17,401 bases of DNA from an uncultured archaeon (GCA_964632315.1 CAZWEM010000067.1:1-17401), one strand, 5' to 3'. Positions 8,324-16,644 are shown, counted from the stretch's first letter. Notes: generated by a model not told the origin, from the letters alone. Made by a program: numbers and translations.

Positions 8324-9307
8324 ATGATGATGAAAAAAATGAGTAAATGGAACCTTCCTCCTTCTGGAGGGCATATGGATTTACCAGATGGTATTTATCT
8401 TCAAACCATGTCAATTGCAGAAATAAAAGAAAGAGTGACGCAAAATGACGTGATTATCATACCAGTTGGATCTACTGAAAATCACGGCCCTGCTGCGTGC
8501 ATTGGAGAGGATACCTTTTTAGTGACTAGAATGGCCGAATTAGTTGCACAAAAGACTGGGTGCACGGTGGCTCAACCTACTTGGTATGGAAGTCATCCCT
8601 ACCACCACGTGGGAATGCCTGGAACGATCATTGTTCCCGAGGAAATTTTTAAGGGGCTTTTAAGAGCAGTTATGGCGGGATGTTGGAATATGGGATTTCG
8701 AAAAATGATCCTCCTCAATGGTCATGGGCAAGAATATGTTATCCCTTCTGCAATTCATGAATGGGCTAAAAACTATCAATTACCAGCCGTTATTTGTAAT
8801 CTTAACTGGTATCATGCGATCCCTCAACATTGCATGGATAAAGAACATGGCGGACCCTTTGAAACGCCTTTCATTCATGCGGATGAAGCTGAAACTTCCT
8901 TTTCATTGACTTTATTTCCGGAAATGATAAAAAAGATTGATGCTTGTGAGGATAATGAAGTCGTTGGTTGGATGCCAGATGGGCATGTCGATAAAGCGGG
9001 TAATGTCTATCAAAAACCAATTAGATGGTATGGGCAAGTAGGATTTGGTCCTATTGAAGTTGCGGCTTATCCTGAAGGTCACGTTGGATGTCCTAGTAAA
9101 GCTACTTTCGAAAAAGGAGAATCGGGAATGGTAGCGTTTTTAGACTATTTAGAATCATTGGTTAGGGACATATTAAAAACCTTTCCACCTGGAGAACTTC
9201 CTCCAATTGAATCAATCACCCAACGAGATCCAAAAGAAATAGAACCATACATTAAAGGTCCATTGAATGGGGGTAAAAGTATCTATGAGTTAAGATATCC
9301 GCCCTAA
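8324..9307 (+). CDS. iolN: 3-dehydro-scyllo-inosose hydrolase (creatininase family)
   Basis: IPVGSTENHGP...GEDTFLVTRMAE, HPYHHVGMPGT, NGHGQE, ETPFIHADEAET and GHVDKAGN match T. maritima IolN as recalled. The true start may be the ATG at 8339. Confidence 0.93.
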   Translation: MMMKKMSKWNLPPSGGHMDLPDGIYLQTMSIAEIKERVTQNDVIIIPVGSTENHGPAACIGEDTFLVTRMAELVAQKTGCTVAQPTWYGSHPYHHVGMPGTIIVPEEIFKGLLRAVMAGCWNMGFRKMILLNGHGQEYVIPSAIHEWAKNYQLPAVICNLNWYHAIPQHCMDKEHGGPFETPFIHADEAETSFSLTLFPEMIKKIDACEDNEVVGWMPDGHVDKAGNVYQKPIRWYGQVGFGPIEVAAYPEGHVGCPSKATFEKGESGMVAFLDYLESLVRDILKTFPPGELPPIESITQRDPKEIEPYIKGPLNGGKSIYELRYPP

Positions 9308-9458
9308 AAAGGGGAAAAAATAATTTATCTCATTCAAGACCATTTTCCACCATTCAATTCTTGACAAAGATATTCTTTTTTATATATTTGGTTGCCTAAT
9401 AATCCAGTTTGAGGTATTTTTAAAAATTTTAAAAGAAGAAAAAATAATAAATCAGATA

Positions 9459-9977
9459 TTATAATTTGCTACCACAGAAAGCACAATATACCGCAGTATC
9501 TCTACTTATCGGAGTTCCACAATTAGGACAGAATTGACTTTTTCCTACAGGTTCTGGAATAAATTTTGGTTCTTGTTGATGATTCACGATCTCCATCGAT
9601 TTTCCTTCACCTGTGTCAGGAGAAAAATTTCCCCTTAATCTACCTTCAGCTTTCAAATCAAGAATAATAGCACGAATATCCTTTACTGAAATTCCCGTGT
9701 TAGCACTTATTTCCTCAATTGACACGTTTGGATTAATTTTGAATTCTTGGGCAACCACGTTTCTTAATTTACTTTTATTTACCAAAGCAGCAATCTGACT
9801 ACTAGCTATCGCCGCGCCAATTCCAATCCATAGAAAACCCATCCAATTAATGCCAAATTGCCAAAAACCATGAAGAAAGGCATCTATGCCCCAATAAAAG
9901 AACATTCCCGCAATTAAGAGCGCACAAATTGAAGCCCCATGTGAATATTGATCTTTATTGTACTTAATTTTTCTCAA
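9459..9977 (-). CDS. Membrane protein: 2 TM helices, PCI-like winged helix, C-terminal zinc ribbon (paralog A)
   Basis: TTG start preceded by GAGG. Two hydrophobic segments, SIEEISANTGISVKDIRAIILDLKAEGRLRG, and CPNCG-x9-CAFCG. Confidence 0.85.
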   Translation of the reverse strand: MRKIKYNKDQYSHGASICALLIAGMFFYWGIDAFLHGFWQFGINWMGFLWIGIGAAIASSQIAALVNKSKLRNVVAQEFKINPNVSIEEISANTGISVKDIRAIILDLKAEGRLRGNFSPDTGEGKSMEIVNHQQEPKFIPEPVGKSQFCPNCGTPISRDTAVYCAFCGSKL

Positions 9978-10146
9978 CCTCTTAAAGATAATATTTTCAT
10001 GATTTAATTAAGTAAATTGCCGTATAAATAAATTGATTAGACCAATATTCATGAAATAAATCGTAAATAATGGACTCTTTAAGATATATATTATTATCAT
10101 AATTCATAGTAAGTAAAGAAAACTTCAATCAAATAAGGTTAAAAAA

Positions 10147-10641
10147 ATGCATTATGAAAAAAATCAATATTCCAATGGAGCGAGTATTTGTGGATTTATT
10201 ATCGCAGGTATGTTCTTATACTGGGGAATAAATACCCTGTTTGGATTTAGTCCACATCCTTTTAATCTTTGGTGGTTAGGGTTCATTTGGATTATGATTG
10301 GGCTCGCAATCATTTCTGGACAAGTAGCTTCGCTTTCAAATCGAGGCAGATTAAGAAGTATTGTGAGAGATTACTTTTTAGAAAATCCGGAAGCAAGCAT
10401 CGAAGAAATATCTGCAAAAACGGGAATCACGATCAAGGATATCCGTGCCATAGTATTGGATTTAAAAGCACGTGGAGAACTCAGGGGAAAATTCTCAACT
10501 AAAACCGGACAAATGAAACCAGTTCTTGTGGAACCCGAAACACCTGAAACTCCAAAAGCATCGTTCTGTCCCAATTGTGGAACTCCCATGAAAGATGAAT
10601 CCGCAATGTATTGCGCTTATTGTGGAGCTCGTCTTAAGTAA
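10147..10641 (+). CDS. Membrane protein: 2 TM helices, PCI-like winged helix, C-terminal zinc ribbon (paralog B)
   Basis: Aligns end to end with 9459..9977 (QYSxGASIC, IAGMFxYWGI, SIEEISAxTGIxxKDIRAI, FCPNCGTP). Confidence 0.87.
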   Translation: MHYEKNQYSNGASICGFIIAGMFLYWGINTLFGFSPHPFNLWWLGFIWIMIGLAIISGQVASLSNRGRLRSIVRDYFLENPEASIEEISAKTGITIKDIRAIVLDLKARGELRGKFSTKTGQMKPVLVEPETPETPKASFCPNCGTPMKDESAMYCAYCGARLK

Positions 10642-10651
10642 AAATAAAAAA

Positions 10652-12313
10652 TTAAAATCTTTTTTCAAGATTTTTTATTCTTTCTTCTAACCCAGAAATA
10701 CTTCTTTTTATATCGCTCAAGTTCTCATCTAGCATGAGGCGAAATCTCTCGTAAATATTCATAATCCCCTCTTTTCTCCCTATTTTATCCATTAAATCAA
10801 TTTCGCGCTTAAAAGTCTCGATATACTTGTATAAATTGCTGCAAAAGAGCTCAAATTTATCCTTATCAAATTCCATTCCTAATTCACGTGAGAGATTCTT
10901 TTCAGCTAAATCTTGCCAATTCACATCTAAACCTTTAATGGGAATGATTGGAATTGAAAATTTATCCGCAAGTTGCAGTTCATTCGCGCAATCAATAGAA
11001 TTAAATAAAGACTTATTAGTGGCTATAAACAATAATAACTGGCATTTTTGAACTGTTTCTAACATCCATTCATCAATATTACCTGCAAGATCTTCCTCAC
11101 AGAAAAATACTTCAGAAATTTCTTTTTGTTTCCCTAAATACTCCACTAGATCACCAATACGATATGCATCAAAATCAATTACCGCATGAGAAATAAAGAT
11201 TTTTATCGTAGCTTTCTTTCTCAAGTAATCTCTGATTAAATCAGGTACCTTTTGAATAATTGTATTTTCTTCACTACTTAAAGGATTACCATTAAGACTT
11301 AATTGCGTCAATTCTTTAAGGGCCCATATTTGAGTGGGAATTTCCTTGAATTGGTTATTGCTTAAATCTAATTTTTCAAGAGAGGTTAAATTCAAGAAAG
11401 ATTCCGGGAGAACAGATAACTTGTTGCCACTTAGTAATAAAACTTTTAGATTTTTTAATTCTGTAATGGAATCGGGTATAGTTTCGATTTTATTCTTAGT
11501 AAGAGAAATGTATCTTAGATGCTGTAAATTTCCTATATCCTCTGGAAGGTTCACCAAATCCGTATCATTTACTACCAAATGAATGATCTTTCCATTAAAG
11601 ATTCGAACCTTTACTCCGAATCCACCTGGGTCTCTCCAAGGCTCGTCAATTGAATTTAACCCACTAGGAATGACTCGATTAAGGCCCTCTTCATGCCATG
11701 ATATCCTATTTACTATGGCAATTTGATCGAGTGGAAGCCTAAATTGAAAATGTAAAGTAAAAGTAGGATCAGAGATTTTTACGCTTTTTTGATCTAAGGT
11801 TCTAAGAACATTCATATTAGTCGGAGTCAATTCAATGGTCTGTATGCGCTCATTTAAAATTAACTCTTTCAAATCATTTAGTGCTAATAACCATTCAGGT
11901 ACGATCTTTATTCGGTTTCCGGTTAAATTTAAAATTCTAAGACCTTTAAACTCTTTTATATCCTCTGGAATGGAAGTTAAATAACTCTCTGAAAATATCA
12001 ATTCTTTTATGTAATTTAAATCCTTTAACCATTCCGGAATTAAACCATTCTTAGGAACCTTTAAAAGAAATCGTTCAATAGTACGCAATTTTCTCAATAA
12101 ATCGCCCAAAAGGCTAACTTTATCCGAGTCTAAATCTAAAACGCTTAAATCAATTCCAATCATTATGATCAAACCGTCATCATTGAAATTGAATAGGTTT
12201 TCCACCTTAGAATAAGACTTCATATCGACTCTCCTAAAGGGAACTCCACAAATTGATTCGATATCTTCTAAAATTTTTCGCTCATCCTTTTGAATTCGCT
12301 TATCATGACTCAT
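10652..12313 (-). CDS. Leucine-rich-repeat protein with a C-terminal TIR domain and terminal coiled coil
   Basis: 23-residue LxxLxLxxNxLxxLPxxIxx repeats in two blocks. TIR motifs KIFISH (aa 371-376), CQLLLFIATNKS, SIDCANEL (Glu445) and IPIIPI. Heptad tail LSDIKRSISGLEERIKNLE. No TM segment or signal peptide seen. Confidence 0.9.
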   Translation of the reverse strand: MSHDKRIQKDERKILEDIESICGVPFRRVDMKSYSKVENLFNFNDDGLIIMIGIDLSVLDLDSDKVSLLGDLLRKLRTIERFLLKVPKNGLIPEWLKDLNYIKELIFSESYLTSIPEDIKEFKGLRILNLTGNRIKIVPEWLLALNDLKELILNERIQTIELTPTNMNVLRTLDQKSVKISDPTFTLHFQFRLPLDQIAIVNRISWHEEGLNRVIPSGLNSIDEPWRDPGGFGVKVRIFNGKIIHLVVNDTDLVNLPEDIGNLQHLRYISLTKNKIETIPDSITELKNLKVLLLSGNKLSVLPESFLNLTSLEKLDLSNNQFKEIPTQIWALKELTQLSLNGNPLSSEENTIIQKVPDLIRDYLRKKATIKIFISHAVIDFDAYRIGDLVEYLGKQKEISEVFFCEEDLAGNIDEWMLETVQKCQLLLFIATNKSLFNSIDCANELQLADKFSIPIIPIKGLDVNWQDLAEKNLSRELGMEFDKDKFELFCSNLYKYIETFKREIDLMDKIGRKEGIMNIYERFRLMLDENLSDIKRSISGLEERIKNLEKRF

Positions 12314-12446
12314 TTTTATATCACTATTTTTTCTTCTCTATACCTAACCTACTTAAAATTGGCTGATATGTTAAGAATTAAACCTCATCATTTTTAAGAT
12401 TAATTAAAAATCAAAGGATCGAGAAGAATTTGAGTTTTCCTTACAT

Positions 12447-12806
12447 TTAAGATGAGATATTAATGGATTTATTAATTATTTCAAAAACCTCTTGTACCTC
12501 AACTTGATCAACAGTAAGGAGGATGATTAATTTCTCGAGGATTTTCATGGTTAAAATGTAATAATTATCTGAGTGAATTATGTTAAAATCAGGATCATGC
12601 AACCCTATTGATTCTGTAATTTCTTCTGCTAATTCATATAATTGGGAAACATTTAAAGATATAGATGCTTTATTAAATTCTTCTTCATTGATGTAAGATT
12701 TCATGACCGCACCATTCTCAGATGAGACTAATATGAAATATACTGAAGAACCTAACTCCTCTATTAATCTCTGAATGGTAGTTTCTAAATCTAAAATAAC
12801 AGTCAT
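12447..12806 (-). CDS. Roadblock/LC7-like (profilin-like fold) protein
   Basis: 119 aa with the pattern helix, ILVSSENGAVMKS hairpin, long helix, three strands, C-terminal helix. Confidence 0.72.
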   Translation of the reverse strand: MTVILDLETTIQRLIEELGSSVYFILVSSENGAVMKSYINEEEFNKASISLNVSQLYELAEEITESIGLHDPDFNIIHSDNYYILTMKILEKLIILLTVDQVEVQEVFEIINKSINISS

Positions 12807-12894
12807 GATATTATATCCACCAATAACATGATAATTTAACTATAAATATTTTCGGGTACCGATCTTCAGATGTCTCAGATTCTAAATTGGTAAT

Positions 12895-13686
12895 TCAGGG
12901 GATTAAATATTTCTCGATATGGGACTCGAATTTTCGGAATGCGCTAACATGCCCGTGAAAATTTTGTAATTGAGTCGAAAATGTATTGAGAAAGTCTTCT
13001 GCAATGAGTTCAGCGAAATAATCAATATCAAAGCTATCTTCACGATTCTCAATTAGATAAGCGAATATGATTCCATTTTTCAATTTCAAGTGAAATTGGA
13101 TTCGTTCAAAATTGATTGTTTTGAGAGAGTCTCCGCTGGTTTTCCCAATAATTTCGTTAGAGAAAAGGAGTATAGCAGAGATAAATCCTGATATTTGGAT
13201 GGCATTTTGGTTCAAATAATCACTGCTAGTCTTAGAGAATAAACAATGTCCATCTTCACTTATGATAAATAAGGCGGAAAGTCTTGGAAAGTTGATAATT
13301 TCCTTGCATAGTGAATTTAAATTAAGATGAGAATTATCTGAACAATACATATTTAAGATTTTAGATGAAAAAGAACAAAGATCATCATATCGGGTAAGCA
13401 CGTCTTTTTTATTTAAATAAAAGATTGCTAATAATTCAGATTCAATATCGAAAAAATGAATGTATAGAGTATAAGAACCCACCAGATCAATAATTTTACC
13501 CTCACGTTTTGCTATGATCCTTTTCTTATATCCCCGAATCAAGCTATTTAACATGGCGTCACTCATCCCCTTCAAGAAAATAACCGTGGTGGCTCCATGA
13601 CTTATAGAAACTAAGCCTAAACCATGTAATTGGAGGGACCAAGAGTCCACCATTGAATTTTCGTGGGAGTAATCTAAAACAATCAT
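12895..13686 (-). CDS. Longin-like domain protein (clear C-terminal domain, possibly a second degenerate N-terminal one)
   Basis: LFIISEDGHCLFSK...ISGFISAILLFSNEI...LKTINF...IIFAYLI...IAEDFLNTF...FHGHVSAFRKFE is the pattern typical of Asgard longin-like domains. Confidence 0.75.
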   Translation of the reverse strand: MIVLDYSHENSMVDSWSLQLHGLGLVSISHGATTVIFLKGMSDAMLNSLIRGYKKRIIAKREGKIIDLVGSYTLYIHFFDIESELLAIFYLNKKDVLTRYDDLCSFSSKILNMYCSDNSHLNLNSLCKEIINFPRLSALFIISEDGHCLFSKTSSDYLNQNAIQISGFISAILLFSNEIIGKTSGDSLKTINFERIQFHLKLKNGIIFAYLIENREDSFDIDYFAELIAEDFLNTFSTQLQNFHGHVSAFRKFESHIEKYLIP

Positions 13687-13944
13687 GCGGTTTTATCCGT
13701 TTGTGGTAAAAAATGATATTCGTGTTAAAAAATATATTTTTTGTACTAATAAAAATATGAACATTCCATATTTAAAATTATTTGTTTTCAAAAATGAAAC
13801 GTGATCTTATTAATCGCATCTTTGATTTATAAATGAGAATTAAACTTAAATATATCACTTTCCATTAGACAATTAACCAAATAAATGTGCAAAAAATAAC
13901 GTAATGTTGGTTTTGTGTACAAAAAGTGAAGAGGTTATTAAAAA

Positions 13945-14250
13945 ATGGAACAGACAATCGAAGAAAAAAGTATTCAAGGAAGATTTGACCTCGAACGTCA
14001 CATTGAACCTTTTCGTAATAAGCTAAAATTTAACACGTCTAAATTATCTGGGATCCATGAAATTCTTACATCATTAGAATATTCAAAGTTCATTAACAAC
14101 GTATATACCTTCTTTTACGATCAAGCTCCCCACATACATGGAAACTCATCCATATGTCAATATCAAACTGTATCAAGAGTAATTGATGCCTTTTGGAACG
14201 ATCTATTAGGTTCTGGCTTTATAGAAAAGTGCTGCTTCAAATTCAAATAA
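13945..14250 (+). CDS. Hypothetical protein
   Basis: 101-aa ORF with GAGGT upstream of the ATG. No family recognised. Confidence 0.65.
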   Translation: MEQTIEEKSIQGRFDLERHIEPFRNKLKFNTSKLSGIHEILTSLEYSKFINNVYTFFYDQAPHIHGNSSICQYQTVSRVIDAFWNDLLGSGFIEKCCFKFK

Positions 14251-14279
14251 ATATGTGATCTATATATCTTCTATAAAAA

Positions 14280-14381
14280 TGGGCCAAGCAGGATTCGAAC
14301 CTGCGACTTTGGGTTAATTCTTATAAGAATTAAAATCCCACTCCGAAGGCGGGTACCCTATCCAGACTAGATTACTGGCCC
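14280..14381 (-). tRNA. tRNA-Arg(UCG) with a 27-nt intron at position 45/46 (window 14308..14334); CCA not encoded
   Basis: The reverse complement reads GGGCCAG TA ATCT AGTCTGGATA GGGT A CCCGC CT-TCG-GA GTGGG AT[TTTAATTCTTATAAGAATTAACCCAAA]GTC GCAGG TTCGAAT CCTGC TTGGCCC A. Anticodon at 14344..14346. Confidence 0.93.
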
Positions 14382-14467
14382 AATGAGGCATAGAATGGGT
14401 TTTTAAGAAAAATGATACATAGTTCTTATTACATATTGATATTCGCAATTTCTAAAAAATCTTATGA

Positions 14468-14860
14468 TTACCTATTTGAAATCTGTTTCATCTTTTCGAG
14501 AGATTGAATCCAGTCTTCTAAGTCGCGAACCATCCACGCAACTGAATCCAAATTTCCTTTCTCATTTATGAAATGTACTTTCAGAAGATTTTGGAAAACC
14601 CTTTTCCCAAGGTGAGATTCTCCACGCTCTATTTGTTGAATGGAATTAATAGGAATTTCAACATTGGTCTTAGGTTTAGCCCACATCTCAAAATATAACT
14701 TCTCTTTGGTTAGGATTAAGACACCATTTCCTCTAATCTGCATTACTCCTTTCGATTCAAGTCCGAAGTAATTTGCACTTTCACTAAGTTTTAATATCTC
14801 ATTTTCTTGAAATTTAGCTATTATTTTCTCTATTCTCTTCTTAAACAATCTTTTAATCAT
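14468..14860 (-). CDS. PH-fold (GRAM-like / bacterial PH) domain protein
   Basis: GNGVLILTKEKLYF...EIPINSIQQIE...LLKVHF...VAWMVRDLEDWIQSL follows the PH-superfold strand pattern with a terminal Trp-containing helix. Confidence 0.72.
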   Translation of the reverse strand: MIKRLFKKRIEKIIAKFQENEILKLSESANYFGLESKGVMQIRGNGVLILTKEKLYFEMWAKPKTNVEIPINSIQQIERGESHLGKRVFQNLLKVHFINEKGNLDSVAWMVRDLEDWIQSLEKMKQISNR

Positions 14861-14922
14861 TATAATTCAAATTAAAGATGTAAATTAATGAACTCTTCTC
14901 TTTGATTAGATGAAGATATTAA

Positions 14923-15327
14923 TTATTTCATGAAATAATTTATGTAGGAAAAGAAAAGATTCAGAATGTTCCTTGAAATCATTGCATCTGAAAGTTCACC
15001 ATCAATATTAATCAATCCCTTGAAATAAGCTTCAGCAGCAGTCATCTCTTGCCTTACTATCTTTATCATCGTTTTTTTATTAAGGATATAATGAATAGCA
15101 TGACTACTTTTTGGGATGACTTCATAAAGATTAGTATTATAATTTAGGTGGTTCTCGTTTGTCTTGATCCAAATGTTATGATCCAGATCAGGCAAGTATA
15201 CGTGAAATATCATGTCGTCATATAACGCCAACTCCTCCCGCATGTCTTCTGAATCATTTGCAATTTTCATGCTGAATTTAAAAAATTTATCCAAGGAACT
15301 TTTAAATTTTTCGTCGGAAACGCCCAA
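14923..15327 (-). CDS. SCP2 sterol/lipid-binding domain protein (the frame stays open upstream; possible start at 15390)
   Basis: SCP2 signature TAAEAYFKGLINIDGELSDAM; paralogous to the next gene (EELALYDD vs EEISGYDD). Confidence 0.82.
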   Translation of the reverse strand: MGVSDEKFKSSLDKFFKFSMKIANDSEDMREELALYDDMIFHVYLPDLDHNIWIKTNENHLNYNTNLYEVIPKSSHAIHYILNKKTMIKIVRQEMTAAEAYFKGLINIDGELSDAMISRNILNLFFSYINYFMK

Positions 15328-15501
15328 ATTGCTTAAGACCGTATCAATGACTTTTGTGTCAATGATATCTATTGATAATGCACTCTTAATATGACTTCAC
15401 CATTCTGTTACTCATGCCACTATTCTTATGAGTGTTATAAAATTCGATAATATAAAAATCATATAATATCCATGCCATATGAGTTGACTACCGAGTTCCA
15501 T

Positions 15502-15927
15502 TTATTTCGTCTTTTTTTCTAAATACTTAATAAAAAGGTGGAAAATTTTGATATAATGCAAACCTTGTGAGAGATCTCCATCGGCTCTAAGCTTTCCTTT
15601 CATGAATGCATCAGTACCATTAATCTCCTTTTTTAATATTTGTAATATTAACTTTTTTGTGTAAGAAACCGTAAATGTTGCGTTAGGATTGATTCCCCTA
15701 CCATACTCTAAATTTCCTTGCTTTAAAGTTAACCAATAATTATATCCAACATCTAAAATAGAAGTTTGGTAAATATCATCATATCCAGAGATTTCCTCTT
15801 GTAATTCAACAGCACCATTTATGATGGCTACACCTGCTTTAATTATTCTTTCTAAAATTGGGATGAAGTTTTGTTCATCTGTTTCTATTAATTCTACCAA
15901 GTTTCCTAAGGGTTCCTGAGTCGCCAT
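15502..15927 (-). CDS. SCP2 sterol/lipid-binding domain protein
   Basis: YWLTLKQGNLEYGRGINPNATFTV and NGTDAFMKGKLRADGDLSQGL. Confidence 0.9.
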   Translation of the reverse strand: MATQEPLGNLVELIETDEQNFIPILERIIKAGVAIINGAVELQEEISGYDDIYQTSILDVGYNYWLTLKQGNLEYGRGINPNATFTVSYTKKLILQILKKEINGTDAFMKGKLRADGDLSQGLHYIKIFHLFIKYLEKKTK

Positions 15928-16071
15928 CTAATCGGACAAATATATAGAATTGGAATTATATTTTTCTCATACCTATAAATTAAAATCGTTTTCCTTGCAT
16001 AAAAATAAATTGCTTTCACCTCAAATTTGCTTTAAGAAAAGATATAAATAACGAAAATAAAAGCTCTCAAA

Positions 16072-16644
16072 TTACTTTGGTTTTTTAAACCTGATGAGAA
16101 TCTGCTCATTCTTTACATCTCTTTTAATTACATCAAACCCTACACTTGCTCCTAATTGCAAAAAATGATCAAGATCCTGTGCTTTATTCCAACGAGTTGC
16201 ATAACCCGTTTCAATCGTTTTGTCTCCAATAATAACTTCAACTTTAGCTCCATAGAACTTTTTCTCGTTCTCTTCCTTCTCAACAATGACCATATCCCAT
16301 ATAATAAATTCTCCCCCCAGTTTTAAGACTCTAAATATTTCCTTAAAAACTTTTTCGCGCCTTTCAAGGGGGACGTACATGAACATGTAAAATGCTGTAA
16401 CCGTATCAAAAGTACCATCTAAAAATTTGAGATCTTCAGCGTCCATGATAACTTTAAGATATTCTCCATCAGCAGCTTCTTCTAACTCACTTTTCAATTT
16501 ATCAATTGCAATCACTGACTTTCCCTTGTATTGCCCGACTATACCTTCCCCTCCTCCGCCAACATCTAAAATTCTCCCTTTTAATTCCACGTTTGAGATA
16601 TCAATAATATGCTTGTCAATGAAATATATATTATCTTCTGACAT
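16072..16644 (-). CDS. Class I SAM-dependent methyltransferase
   Basis: Motif I ILDVGGGGEG, VIAID, MDAEDLKFLDGTFDTV and EIFRVLKLGGEFIIWD. Confidence 0.9.
   Translation of the reverse strand: MSEDNIYFIDKHIIDISNVELKGRILDVGGGGEGIVGQYKGKSVIAIDKLKSELEEAADGEYLKVIMDAEDLKFLDGTFDTVTAFYMFMYVPLERREKVFKEIFRVLKLGGEFIIWDMVIVEKEENEKKFYGAKVEVIIGDKTIETGYATRWNKAQDLDHFLQLGASVGFDVIKRDVKNEQILIRFKKPK

Noticed and set aside
2306-8909. Overlapping ORFs 2306..2554, 2764..2973, 3862..4446, 4828..5106, 4905..5087, 5427..5618, 6265..6612, 7391..7609 and 8718..8909
   Set aside because: Antisense or out-of-frame shadows of well-supported genes, with no recognisable motifs.
9262-9358. Imperfect inverted repeat ATTGAATGG...CCATTCAAT spanning the iolN stop codon
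   Set aside because: Only a 9-bp exact arm with a spacer of about 80 nt in AT-rich DNA; compatible with chance.
9978-10146. Repeated TTCATGA motifs in the divergent promoter as a possible operator
   Set aside because: Too short and AT-rich to support without comparative data.
827-13686. Selenocysteine read-through at TGA-terminated ORFs (827..1420, 12895..13686)
   Set aside because: The sequence after each TGA is not protein-like, there is no redox motif context, and no SECIS-like hairpin was recognised.
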